Source: the human T2T-CHM13v2.0 reference genome, Homo sapiens
Direction: 5' to 3' (one strand)
Assembly: GCF_009914755.1 (NCBI RefSeq)
Contig: NC_060930.1
Length of the DNA: 64,000 nucleotides
The translations under genes and the position numbers were made by a program. The notes below the pieces were generated by a model. That model made no database searches. It saw only the letters and a list, made by a program, of their open reading frames with translations, and was not told the DNA's origin. Positions 50,949 through 64,000 of this stretch are shown here, piece after piece (position 1 is the stretch's first letter; every line of letters starts with the position of its first letter).

Positions 50949-53499
50949 GCAAGTGGATATTTGGACCTATTGGAGGCCTTCTTTGGAAATGGGATTTCTT
51001 CATGTAACTCTAGATTGAAGAGTTCTCAGAAACTCCTTTGTGATGTGTGCATTCAATTCAAAGAGTGAAACCTCCCTTTTCACAGAGCAGTTTTGAAACA
51101 CTGTTTTTGTAGGATTTCCAAGGGGATATTTATAGCGCATTGAGCCTACGGCGGAAAAAGAAACATCTTCCTATAAAAACTAGACAGAATACTTCTCAGA
51201 ATCTGCTTTGCGATGTGTGCGTTCAACTCACAGAGTAAAACTTTTCTTTTGATAGAGCAGTTTTGAAACACTCTTTTTGTAGTATTTGCATGTGTATATT
51301 TAGAGCGCATTGAAGCCCACAGTAGAAAAGGAAATAACTTCACCTAAAACCTAGACAGAAGCAATCTCAGAAACTACTTTGTGATGTGTACATTCAACTC
51401 ACAGAGTGGAACTTTCCTCTTTATAGAGCAGTGTTGAAACACTCTTTTTGTAGAAACTGCAAGTGGATATTTGGACCTCTTTGAGGCCTTCGTTGGAAAC
51501 GGGATTTCTTCCTATAACCCTAGACAGAAGAATTTTCAGAAACCTCATTGTGATGTGTGCGTTCATCTCACAGAGTGGAGTCTTCCGTTTGATAGAGAAG
51601 TTTTGAAACCCTGTTCTTGTAGGATTTCCAAGTGGATATTTAGACCACTTTGAAGCCTATGATAGAAAAGGAAACATCTTCATGGAAAACATAGATAGAA
51701 TCATCCTCAGAAACAACTTTGTGATGTGTGCGTTGAACTCACCGTCTTTAACCTTTCTTTTGGTAGAGAAGTTTTGAAACACTCTCTTTGTAAAGTCTAC
51801 AAGTGGATATTTTGAGCCCTTGGAGGCATTCTTTGGAAAAGGGAATGTCTTCACATAAAAGGCAGACGGAAGTGTTCTCAGAAACTGCTTTGTGATGTCT
51901 GTGTTCAACTCACAGAGTTTAACATTTCCTTTGATAGAGCGGTTTAGTAACCCTCTCTTTGTAGAATTTGGAAGTGTATACTAAGAGCGCTTTGAGGCCT
52001 ATGGTAGAAAAGGAAATATCTTTCCATAAAAGCTAGACAGAAGCAATCTCAGAAACTCCTTTGTGATGTCTGCATTCAACTCACCGAGTGGAACATTCCT
52101 CTTGATAGAGCAGTTTGGAAACACTCTTTCTGTAGAATCAGCTTGTTTGTATTTGGACCTCCTTGAGGCCTTCGTTGGAAACGGGTTTTCATCTTATAAA
52201 CCCAGACAGAAGAATTCTCAGAGTCTTCTTTGTGATGTGTGCTTTCAACTCACCGAGATAAAGATTTCTCTTGATAGAGCAATTTGGAAACACTCTTTTT
52301 GTAGAATTTGCAAGGGTACATTGAGAGCGCTTTCAGGCCTATGGTAGAAAAGGGAATATCTTTCCATAAAAGGTAGACAGAAGCAATCTCAGAAACTACT
52401 TTGTGATGTGTGCATTCAACTCACCGAGTGCAACGTTCCTCTTGACCGAGCAGTTTGGAAGCATTGTTTCTGTAGAATCTGCAAGTGGATATTTGGATCT
52501 CTTTGAGGCCTTCGTTGGAAACGGGATTTCTTCCTATAAACCCAGACAGAAGAATTCTCAGAGACTTCTTTGTGATGTGTGAATTCAACTCACAGTGTGG
52601 ATCCTTCCTTTTGATAGAGCAGTTTTGAAACCCTGTTTTTGTAGTATTTCCAAGCGGATATTTGGAACGCCTTGAAGCGTATGGTAGAAAAGGAAATATC
52701 TTCCCATAAAACCTAGACAGAACCAATCTCAGAAACGACTTTGTGATGTCTGCATTCAAGTCACAGAGTTGAACATTTCTCTTGATAGAGCAGTTTTGAA
52801 ACCCTCTTTCTGAAGGATCTGCAAGTGGATATTTGGAACTCCTTTGGGTCTTCGTTGGAAACGGGATTTCTTCGTATAAATCTAGACAGAAGAATTCTCA
52901 GAAACTTCCTTGTGATGTGTGCATTCAACTCAGCGAGTGGCACCTTCCTTTGGATACAGCAGTTTTGAAACACTATTTTTGTAGTATTTCCAAGCGGATA
53001 TTTAGAGCGCCTTGAAGCCTATGCTAGAAATGGAAATATCTCCCCATAAAACCAAGACAGAAGCAATCTCAGAAACTAATGTGTGATGGCTGCATTCCAC
53101 ACACACGGTGGACCATTTCTCTTGATAGAGCAGTTTTGAAACACTCTTTCTGTAGAATCTGCAAGTGGATAATTGGACCTCCTAGAGGCCTTCGTTGGAA
53201 ACGGGATTTCTTCATCTAAACCTACAGAGAAGTATTCTCAGTAACTTCTTCGGATGTGTGCATTCGACGCACAGAATGGAACATTCCCTTTGATAGAGCA
53301 GTTTTGAGACACCGTTTTTGTAGAATTCCCAAGTGGATATTTAGAGCACTTTGAAGTCTCTGCTAGAAAAGGAAACATCTTCATGTAAAAAGTAGATAGA
53401 ATCGTTCTCAGAAAGTGCTTAGTGTCGTGTGCGTTCAACTCACAGAGTTTAACGTTTCTTTTGATAGAGCGTTTCTGAAACACCCTTCTTGTAGTAGCT
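50949..53499 (+). repeat. 15-mer HOR deletion variant, copy 3 (2551 bp)
   Basis: Same hybrid junction at 52879-52899. Confidence 0.95.
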
Positions 53500-56400
53500 G
53501 CAAGTGGATATTTGGACCTATTGGAGGCCTTCTTTGGAAATGGGATTTCTTCATGTAACTCTAGAGTGAAGAATTCTCAGAAACTCCTTTGTGATGTGTG
53601 CATTCAATTCAAAGAGTGAAACCTCTCTTTTCACAGAGCAGTTTTGAAACACTGTTTTTGTAGGATTTCCAAGGGGATATTTATAGCGCATTGAGCCTAC
53701 GGCGGAAAAAGAAACATCTTCCTATAAAAACTAGACAGAATACTTCTCAGAATCTGCTTTGCGATGTGTGCGTTCAACTCACAGAGTAAAACTTTTCTTT
53801 TGATAGAGCAGTTTTGAAACACTCTTTTTGTAGTATTTGCATGTGTATATTTAGAGCGCATTGAAGCCCACAGTAGAAAAGGAAATAACTTCACCTAAAA
53901 CCTAGACAGAAGCAATCACAGAAACTACTTTGTGATGTGTACATTCAACTCACAGAGTGGAACTTTCCTCTTTATAGAGCAGTGTTGAAACACTCTTTTT
54001 GTAGAAACTGCAAGTGGATATTTGGACCTCTTTGAGGCCTTCGTTGGAAACGGGATTTCTTCCTATAACCCTAGACAGAAGAATTTTCAGAAACCTCATT
54101 GTGATGTGTGCGTTCATCTCACAGAGTGGAGTCTTCCGTTTGATAGAGAAGTTTTGAAACCCTGTTCTTGTAGGATTTCCAAGTGGATATTTAGACCACT
54201 TTGAAGCCTATGATAGAAAAGGAAACATCTTCATGGAAAACATAGATAGAATCATCCTCAGAAACAACTTTGTGATGTGTGCGTTGAACTCACCGTCTTT
54301 AACCTTTCTTTTGGTAGAGAAGTTTTGAAACACTCTCTTTGTAAAGTCTACAAGTGGATATTTTGAGCCCTTGGAGGCATTCTTTGGAAAAGGGAATGTC
54401 TTCACATAAAAGGCAGACGGAAGTGTTCTCAGAAACTGCTTTGTGATGTCTGTGTTCAACTCACAGAGTTTAACATTTCCTTTGATAGAGCGGTTTAGTA
54501 ACCCTCTCTTTGTAGAATTTGGAAGTGTATACTAAGAGCGCTTTGAGGCCTATGGTAGAAAAGGAAATATCTTTCCATAAAAGCTAGACAGAAGCAATCT
54601 CAGAAACTCCTCTGTGATGTCTGCATTCAACTCACCGAGTGGAACATTCCTCTTGAGAGAGCAGTTTGGAAACACTCTTTCTGTAGAATCAGCTTGTTTG
54701 TATTTGGACCTCCTTGAGGCCTTCGTTGGAAACGGGTTTTCATCTTATAAACCCAGACAGAAGAATTCTCAGAGTCTTCTTTGTGATGTGTGCTTTCAAC
54801 TCACCGAGATAAAGATTTCTCTTGATAGAGCAATTTGGAAACACTCTTTTTGTAGAATTTGCAAGGGTACATTGAGAGCGCTTTGAGGCCTATGGTAGAA
54901 AAGGGAATATCTTTCCATAAAAGGTAGACAGAAGCAATCTCAGAAACTACTTTGTGATGTGTGCATTCAACTCACCGAGTGCAACGTTCCTCTTGACCGA
55001 GCAGTTTGGAAACATTGTTTCTGTAGAATCTGCAAGTGGATATTTGGACCTCTTTGAGGCCTTCGTTGGAAACGGGATTTCTTCCTATAAACCCAGACAG
55101 AAGAATTCTCAGAGACTTCTTTGTGATGTGTGAATTCAACTCACAGTGTGGATCCTTCCTTTTGATAGAGCAGTTTTGAAACCCTGTTTTTGTAGTATTT
55201 CCAAGCGGATATTTGGAACGCCTTGAAGCGTATGGTAGAAAAGGAAATATCTTCCCATAAAACCTAGACAGAACCAATCTCAGAAACGACTTTGTGATGT
55301 CTGCATTCAAGTCACAGAGTTGAACATTTCTCTTGATAGAGCAGTTTTGAAACCCTCTTTCTGAAGGATCTGCAAGTGGATATTTGGAACTCCTTTGGGT
55401 CTTCGTTGGAAACGGGATTTCTTCGTATAAATCTAGACAGAAGAATTCTCCGAAACTTCTTTGGTTGTGTGCATTCAAGTCACAGAGTGGAACCTTCCTT
55501 TGGATAGAGCAGTTTGAAACGCCGTGGTTGTAGTATTTCCAAGCGGATATTAGAGCGCCTTGAGGCCTATGGTAGAAAAGGAAATATCTTCCCATAAAAC
55601 CTAGACGGAAGCAATCTCAGAAACTACTGTGTGATGGCTGCATTCCACACACACGGTGGAACATTTCTCTTGATAGAGCAGTTTTGAAACACTCTTTCTG
55701 TAGAATCTGCAAGTGGATAATTGGACCGCCTTGAGGCCTTCGTTGGAAACGGGATTTCTTCATGTTACTCTAGATAGAAGAATTCTCAAACACTGCTATG
55801 TGATGTTTGCATTCAAGTCACAGAGTGCAACATTCCTCTTGGTAGAGCAGTTGGGAAACACTCCTTTTGTAGAATCTGCAATGGGATATTTGGACTTCTT
55901 TGAGGCCTTCGTTGGAAACGGGATTTCTTCGTATGAATCTAGACAGAAGAATTCTCAGAAACTTCCTTGTGATGTGTGCATTCAACTCAGCGAGTGGCAC
56001 CTTCCTTTGGATACAGCAGTTTTGAAACACTGTTTTTGTAGTATTTCCAAGCGGATATTTAGAGCGCCTTGAAGCCTATGCTAGAAATGGAAATATCTCC
56101 CCATAAAACCAAGACAGAAGCAATCTCAGAAACTAATGTGTGATGGCTGCATTCCACACACACGGTGGACCATTTCTCTTGATAGAGAAGTTTTGAAACA
56201 CTCTTTCTGTAGAATCTGCAAGTGGATAATTGGAACTCCTAGAGGCCTTCGTTGGAAACGGGATTTCTTCATCTAAACCTACAGAGAAGAATTCTCAGTA
56301 ACTTCTTCGGATGTGTGCATTCGACGCACAGAATGGAACATTCCCTTTGATAGAGCAGTTTTGAGACACCGTTTTTGTAGAATTCCCAAGTGGATATTTA

Positions 56401-56556
56401 GAGCACTTTGAAGTCTCTGCTAGAAAAGGAAACATCTTCATGTAAAAAGTAGATAGAATCGTTCTCAGAAAGTGCTTAGTGACGTGTGCGTTCAACTCAC
56501 AGAGTTTAACGTTTCTTTTGATAGAGCGTTTCTGAAACACCCTTCTTGTAGTAGCT

Positions 56557-59107
56557 GCAAGTGGATATTTGGACCTATTGGAGGCCTTCTTTGGAAATGG
56601 GATTTCTTCATGTAACTCTAGATTGAAGAGTTCTCAGAAACTCCTTTGTGATGTGTGCATTCAATTCAAAGAGTGAAACCTCCCTTTTCACAGAGCAGTT
56701 TTGAAACACTGTTTTTGTAGGATTTCCAAGGGGATATTTATAGCGCATTGAGCCTACGGCGGAAAAAGAAACATCTTCCTATAAAAACTAGACAGAATAC
56801 TTCTCAGAATCTGCTTTGCGATGTGTGCGTTCAACTCACAGAGTAAAACTTTTCTTTTGATAGAGCAGTTTTGAAACACTCTTTTTGTAGTATTTGCATG
56901 TGTATATTTAGAGCGCATTGAAGCCCACAGTAGAAAAGGAAATAACTTCACCTAAAACCTAGACAGAAGCAATCTCAGAAACTACTTTGTGATGTGTACA
57001 TTCAACTCACAGAGTGGAACTTTCCTCTTTATAGAGCAGTGTTGAAACACTCTTTTTGTAGAAACTGCAAGTGGATATTTGGACCTCTTTGAGGCCTTCG
57101 TTGGAAACGGGATTTCTTCCTATAACCCTAGACAGAAGAATTTTCAGAAACCTCATTGTGATGTGTGCGTTCATCTCACAGAGTGGAGTCTTCCGTTTGA
57201 TAGAGAAGTTTTGAAACCCTGTTCTTGTAGGATTTCCAAGTGGATATTTAGACCACTTTGAAGCCTATGATAGAAAAGGAAACATCTTCATGGAAAACAT
57301 AGATAGAATCATCCTCAGAAACAACTTTGTGATGTGTGCGTTGAACTCACCGTCTTTAACCTTTCTTTTGGTAGAGAAGTTTTGAAACACTCTCTTTGTA
57401 AAGTCTACAAGTGGATATTTTGAGCCCTTGGAGGCATTCTTTGGAAAAGGGAATGTCTTCACATAAAAGGCAGACGGAAGTGTTCTCAGAAACTGCTTTG
57501 TGATGTCTGTGTTCAACTCACAGAGTTTAACATTTCCTTTGATAGAGCGGTTTAGTAACCCTCTCTTTGTAGAATTTGGAAGTGTATACTAAGAGCGCTT
57601 TGAGGCCTATGGTAGAAAAGGAAATATCTTTCCATAAAAGCTAGACAGAAGCAATCTCAGAAACTCCTTTGTGATGTCTGCATTCAACTCACCGAGTGGA
57701 ACATTCCTCTTGATAGAGCAGTTTGGAAACACTCTTTCTGTAGAATCAGCTTGTTTGTATTTGGACCTCCTTGAGGCCTTCGTTGGAAACGGGTTTTCAT
57801 CTTATAAACCCAGACAGAAGAATTCTCAGAGTCTTCTTTGTGATGTGTGCTTTCAACTCACCGAGATAAAGATTTCTCTTGATAGAGCAATTTGGAAACA
57901 CTCTTTTTGTAGAATTTGCAAGGGTACATTGAGAGCGCTTTCAGGCCTATGGTAGAAAAGGGAATATCTTTCCATAAAAGGTAGACAGAAGCAATCTCAG
58001 AAACTACTTTGTGATGTGTGCATTCAACTCACCGAGTGCAACGTTCCTTTTGACCGAGCAGTTTGGAAACATTGTTTCTGTAGAATCTGCAAGTGGATAT
58101 TTGGACCTCTTTGAGGCCTTCGTTGGAAACGGGATTTCTTCCTATAAACCCAGACAGAAGAATTCTCAGAGACTTCTTTGTGATGTGTGAATTCAACTCA
58201 CAGTGTGGATCCTTCCTTTTGATAGAGCAGTTTTGAAACCCTGTTTTTGTAGTATTTCCAAGCGGATATTTGGAACGCCTTGAAGCGTATGGTAGAAAAG
58301 GAAATATCTTCCCATAAAACCTAGACAGAACCAATCTCAGAAACGACTTTGTGATGTCTGCATTCAAGTCACAGAGTTGAACATTTCTCTTGATAGAGCA
58401 GTTTTGAAACCCTCTTTCTGAAGGATCTGCAAGTGGATATTTGGAACTCCTTTGGGTCTTCGTTGGAAACGGGATTTCTTCGTATAAATCTAGACAGAAG
58501 AATTCTCAGAAACTTCCTTGTGATGTGTGCATTCAACTCAGCGAGTGGCACCTTCCTTTGGATACAGCAGTTTTGAAACACTGTTTTTGTAGTATTTCCA
58601 AGCGGATATTTAGAGCGCCTTGAAGCCTATGCTAGAAATGGAAATATCTCCCCATAAAACCAAGACGGAAGCAATCTCAGAAACTAATGTGTGATGGCTG
58701 CATTCCACACACACGGTGGACCATTTCTCTTGATAGAGCAGTTTTGAAACACTCTTTCTGTAGAATCTGCAAGTGGATAATTGGACCTCCTAGAGGCCTT
58801 CGTTGGAAACGGGATTTCTTCATCTAAACCTACAGAGAAGTATTCTCAGTAACTTCTTCGGATGTGTGCATTCGACGCACAGAATGGAACATTCCCTTTG
58901 ATAGAGCAGTTTTGAGACACCGTTTTTGTAGAATTCCCAAGTGGATATTTAGAGCACTTTGAAGTCTCTGCTAGAAAAGGAAACATCTTCATGTAAAAAG
59001 TAGATAGAATCGTTCTCAGAAAGTGCTTAGTGTCGTGTGCGTTCAACTCACAGAGTTTAACGTTTCTTTTGATAGAGCGTTTCTGAAACACCCTTCTTGT
59101 AGTAGCT
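56557..59107 (+). repeat. 15-mer HOR deletion variant, copy 4 (2551 bp)
   Basis: Same hybrid junction at 58487-58507. Confidence 0.95.
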
Positions 59108-62100
59108 GCAAGTGGATATTTGGACCTATTGGAGGCCTTCTTTGGAAATGGGATTTCTTCATGTAACTCTAGAGTGAAGAATTCTCAGAAACTCCTTTGT
59201 GATGTGTGCATTCAATTCAAAGAGTGAAACCTCTCTTTTCACAGAGCAGTTTTGAAACACTGTTTTTGTAGGATTTCCAAGGGGATATTTATAGCGCATT
59301 GAGCCTACGGCGGAAAAAGAAACATCTTCCTATAAAAACTAGACAGAATACTTCTCAGAATCTGCTTTGCGATGTGTGCGTTCAACTCACAGAGTAAAAC
59401 TTTTCTTTTGATAGAGCAGTTTTGAAACACTCTTTTTGTAGTATTTGCATGTGTATATTTAGAGCGCATTGAAGCCCACAGTAGAAAAGGAAATAACTTC
59501 ACCTAAAACCTAGACAGAAGCAATCACAGAAACTACTTTGTGATGTGTACATTCAACTCACAGAGTGGAACTTTCCTCTTTATAGAGCAGTGTTGAAACA
59601 CTCTTTTTGTAGAAACTGCAAGTGGATATTTGGACCTCTTTGAGGCCTTCGTTGGAAACGGGATTTCTTCCTATAACCCTAGACAGAAGAATTTTCAGAA
59701 ACCTCATTGTGATGTGTGCGTTCATCTCACAGAGTGGAGTCTTCCGTTTGATAGAGAAGTTTTGAAACCCTGTTCTTGTAGGATTTCCAAGTGGATATTT
59801 AGACCACTTTGAAGCCTATGATAGAAAAGGAAACATCTTCATGGAAAACATAGATAGAATCATCCTCAGAAACAACTTTGTGATGTGTGCGTTGAACTCA
59901 CCGTCTTTAACCTTTCTTTTGGTAGAGAAGTTTTGAAACACTCTCTTTGTAAAGTCTACAAGTGGATATTTTGAGCCCTTGGAGGCATTCTTTGGAAAAG
60001 GGAATGTCTTCACATAAAAGGCAGACGGAAGTGTTCTCAGAAACTGCTTTGTGATGTCTGTGTTCAACTCACAGAGTTTAACATTTCCTTTGATAGAGCA
60101 GTTTAGTAACCCTCTCTTTGTAGAATTTGGAAGTGTATACTAAGAGCGCTTTGAGGCCTATGGTAGAAAAGGAAATATCTTTCCATAAAAGCTAGACAGA
60201 AGCAATCTCAGAAACTCCTCTGTGATGTCTGCATTCAACTCACCGAGTGGAACATTCCTCTTGAGAGAGCAGTTTGGAAACACTCTTTCTGTAGAATCAG
60301 CTTGTTTGTATTTGGACCTCCTTGAGGCCTTCGTTGGAAACGGGTTTTCATCTTATAAACCCAGACAGAAGAATTCTCAGAGTCTTCTTTGTGATGTGTG
60401 CTTTCAACTCACCGAGATAAAGATTTCTCTTGATAGAGCAATTTGGAAACACTCTTTTTGTAGAATTTGCAAGGGTACATTGAGAGCGCTTTGAGGCCTA
60501 TGGTAGAAAAGGGAATATCTTTCCATAAAAGGTAGACAGAAGCAATCTCAGAAACTACTTTGTGATGTGTGCATTCAACTCACCGAGTGCAACGTTCCTC
60601 TTGACCGAGCAGTTTGGAAACATTGTTTCTGTAGAATCTGCAAGTGGATATTTGGACCTCTTTGAGGCCTTCGTTGGAAACGGGATTTCTTCCTATAAAC
60701 CCAGACAGAAGAATTCTCAGAGACTTCTTTGTGATGTGTGAATTCAACTCACAGTGTGGATCCTTCCTTTTGATAGAGCAGTTTTGAAACCCTGTTTTTG
60801 TAGTATTTCCAAGCGGATATTTGGAACGCCTTGAAGCGTATGGTAGAAAAGGAAATATCTTCCCATAAAACCTAGACAGAACCCATCTCAGAAACGACTT
60901 TGTGATGTCTGCATTCAAGTCACAGAGTTGAACATTTCTCTTGATAGAGCAGTTTTGAAACCCTCTTTCTGAAGGATCTGCAAGTGGATATTTGGAACTC
61001 CTTTGGGTCTTCGTTGGAAACGGGATTTCTTCGTATAAATCTAGACAGAAGAATTCTCCGAAACTTCTTTGGTTGTGTGCATTCAAGTCACAGAGTGGAA
61101 CCTTCCTTTGGATAGAGCAGTTTGAAACGCCGTGGTTGTAGTATTTCCAAGCGGATATTAGAGCGCCTTGAGGCCTATGGTAGAAAAGGAAATATCTTCC
61201 CATAAAACCTAGACGGAAGCAATCTCAGAAACTACTGTGTGATGGCTGCATTCCACACACACGGTGGAACATTTCTCTTGATAGAGCAGTTTTGAAACAC
61301 TCTTTCTGTAGAATCTGCAAGTGGATAATTGGACCGCCTTGAGGCCTTCGTTGGAAACGGGATTTCTTCATGTTACTCTAGATAGAAGAATTCTCAAACA
61401 CTGCTATGTGATGTTTGCATTCAAGTCACAGAGTGCAACATTCCTCTTGGTAGAGCAGTTGGGAAACACTCCTTTTGTAGAATCTGCAATGGGATATTTG
61501 GACTTCTTTGAGGCCTTCGTTGGAAACGGGATTTCTTCGTATGAATCTAGACAGAAGAATTCTCAGAAACTTCCTTGTGATGTGTGCATTCAACTCAGCG
61601 AGTGGCACCTTCCTTTGGATACAGCAGTTTTGAAACACTGTTTTTGTAGTATTTCCAAGCGGATATTTAGAGCGCCTTGAAGCCTATGCTAGAAATGGAA
61701 ATATCTCCCCATAAAACCAAGACAGAAGCAATCTCAGAAACTAATGTGTGATGACTGCATTCCACACACACGGTGGACCATTTCTCTTGATAGAGCAGTT
61801 TTGAAACACTCTTTCTGTAGAATCTGCAAGTGGATAATTGGACCTCCTAGAGGCCTTCGTTGGAAACGGGATTTCTTCATCTAAACCTACAGAGAAGAAT
61901 TCTCAGTAACTTCTTCGGATGTGTGCATTCGACGCACAGAATGGAACATTCCCTTTGATAGAGCAGTTTTGAGACACCGTTTTTGTAGAATTCCCAAGTG
62001 GATATTTAGAGCACTTTGAAGTCTCTGCTAGAAAAGGAAACATCTTCATGTAAAAAGTAGATAGAATCGTTCTCAGAAAGTGCTTAGTGTCGTGTGCGTT

Positions 62101-64000
62101 CAACTCACAGAGTTTAACGTTTCTTTTGATAGAGCGTTTCTGAAACACCCTTCTTGTAGTAGCTGCAAGTGGATATTTGGACCTATTGGAGGCCTTCTTT
62201 GGAAATGGGATTTCTTCATGTAACTCTAGATTGAAGAGTTCTCAGAAACTCCTTTGTGATGTGTGCATTCAATTCAAAGAGTGAAACCTCCCTTTTCACA
62301 GAGCAGTTTTGAAACACTGTTTTTGTAGGATTTCCAAGGGGATATTTATAGCGCATTGAGCCTACGGCGGAAAAAGAAACATCTTCCTATAAAAACTAGA
62401 CAGAATACTTCTCAGAATCTGCTTTGCGATGTGTGCGTTCAACTCACAGAGTAAAACCTTTCTTTTGATAGAGCAGTTTTGAAACACTCTTTTTGTAGTA
62501 TTTGCATGTGTATATTTAGAGCGCATTGAAGCCCACAGTAGAAAAGGAAATAACTTCACCTAAAACCTAGACAGAAGCAATCTCAGAAACTACTTTGTGA
62601 TGTGTACATTCAACTCACAGAGTGGAACTTTCCTCTTTATAGAGCAGTGTTGAAACACTCTTTTTGTAGAAACTGCAAGTGGATATTTGGACCTCTTTGA
62701 GGCCTTCGTTGGAAACGGGATTTCTTCCTATAACCCTAGACAGAAGAATTTTCAGAAACCTCATTGTGATGTGTGCGTTCATCTCACAGAGTGGAGTCTT
62801 CCGTTTGATAGAGAAGTTTTGAAACCCTGTTCTTGTAGGATTTCCAAGTGGATATTTAGACCACTTTGAAGCCTATGATAGAAAAGGAAACATCTTCATG
62901 GAAAACATAGATAGAATCATCCTCAGAAACAACTTTGTGATGTGTGCGTTGAACTCACCGTCTTTAACCTTTCTTTTGGTAGAGAAGTTTTGAAACACTC
63001 TCTTTGTAAAGTCTACAAGTGGATATTTTGAGCCCTTGGAGGCATTCTTTGGAAAAGGGAATGTCTTCACATAAAAGGCAGACGGAAGTGTTCTCAGAAA
63101 CTGCTTTGTGATGTCTGTGTTCAACTCACAGAGTTTAACATTTCCTTTGATAGAGCGGTTTAGTAACCCTCTCTTTGTAGAATTTGGAAGTGTATACTAA
63201 GAGCGCTTTGAGGCCTATGGTAGAAAAGGAAATATCTTTCCATAAAAGCTAGACAGAAGCAATCTCAGAAACTCCTTTGTGATGTCTGCATTCAACTCAC
63301 CGAGTGGAACATTCCTCTTGATAGAGCAGTTTGGAAACACTCTTTCTGTAGAATCAGCTTGTTTGTATTTGGACCTCCTTGAGGCCTTCGTTGGAAACGG
63401 GTTTTCATCTTATAAACCCAGACAGAAGAATTCTCAGAGTCTTCTTTGTGATGTGTGCTTTCAACTCACCGAGATAAAGATTTCTCTTGATAGAGCAATT
63501 TGGAAACACTCTTTTTGTAGAATTTGCAAGGGTACATTGAGAGCGCTTTCAGGCCTATGGTAGAAAAGGGAATATCTTTCCATAAAAGGTAGACAGAAGC
63601 AATCTCAGAAACTACTTTGTGATGTGTGCATTCAACTCACCGAGTGCAACGTTCCTTTTGACCGAGCAGTTTGGAAACATTGTTTCTGTAGAATCTGCAA
63701 GTGGATATTTGGACCTCTTTGAGGCCTTCGTTGGAAACGGGATTTCTTCCTATAAACCCAGACAGAAGAATTCTCAGAGACTTCTTTGTGATGTGTGAAT
63801 TCAACTCACAGTGTGGATCCTTCCTTTTGATAGAGCAGTTTTGAAACCCTGTTTTTGTAGTATTTCCAAGCGGATATTTGGAACGCCTTGAAGCGTATGG
63901 TAGAAAAGGAAATATCTTCCCATAAAACCTAGACAGAACCAATCTCAGAAACGACTTTGTGATGTCTGCATTCAAGTCACAGAGTTGAACATTTCTCTTG

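Larger units (their letters stand above)
1..64000 (+). repeat. D6Z1: Alpha-satellite centromeric HOR array, most likely human chr6 D6Z1 (S1C6H1L), SF1-type A/B monomers
   Basis: ~170-bp monomers with alphoid motifs (CATTCAACTCACAGAG, TTTGATAGAGCAGTTTTGAAACAC, CTAGACAGAAGAATTCTCAGAAAC) and CENP-B boxes throughout. The HOR period is 3057 bp (18 monomers), with one BamHI site per unit. D6Z1 is known as an ~3-kb BamHI 18-mer. Alpha-satellite identity is certain; the chromosome assignment is by recognition. Confidence 0.92.
39734..64000 (+). repeat. Alternating 15-mer/18-mer block (33-mer super-HOR, period 5608 bp)
   Basis: Unit starts are 39734, 42284, 45341, 47892, 50949, 53500, 56557, 59108 and 62165. 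Unit lengths are 2550, 3057, 2551, 3057, 2551, 3057, 2551, 3057, then a truncated unit. Confidence 0.95.

Noticed and set aside
39734-59107. The idea that the 15-mers are surviving ancestral HORs or independent recurrent deletions
   Set aside because: They are almost identical to the 18-mer elsewhere, have a junction that is a hybrid of two present-day monomers, and share linked private SNPs. This fits one recent deletion followed by amplification.
198-63975. Recurring 60-207 aa ORFs on both strands (e.g. 1472-2095, minus strand, 207 aa)
   Set aside because: They are chance reading frames in satellite DNA. They repeat with the HOR period, show ~57-aa internal periodicity (171 bp / 3), resemble no domain I recognise, and are freely broken by indels and the 506-bp deletion.
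1-64000. Transposon insertion (Alu/L1), inversion or non-satellite island
   Set aside because: Every unit length is accounted for by 3057 bp minus small indels or minus 506 bp, and all CENP-B boxes lie on the + strand, leaving no room for foreign sequence.

Overview
The whole 64 kb window is an uninterrupted, single-orientation array of primate (human-type) alpha satellite with ~170-bp monomers. I see no genes, transposon insertions or inversions. The monomers form an 18-mer higher-order repeat (HOR) of 3057 bp carrying one BamHI site and 7 intact CENP-B boxes. This matches what is known of the active human chromosome 6 centromeric array D6Z1 (S1C6H1L); the assignment comes from recognition, not a database search. 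Positions 1-39733 hold 13 full-length HOR copies. From 39734 the array switches to strict alternation of a 15-mer deletion variant (2551 bp, 506 bp removed) with the 18-mer, giving a 33-monomer, 5608-bp super-repeat with its own diagnostic SNPs. All four deletions share one junction, in a 21-bp identity next to a CENP-B box, inside an old 3-monomer internal duplication. All listed ORFs are repeat artefacts. I found no new gene system; the interesting signal is the array's structural evolution.
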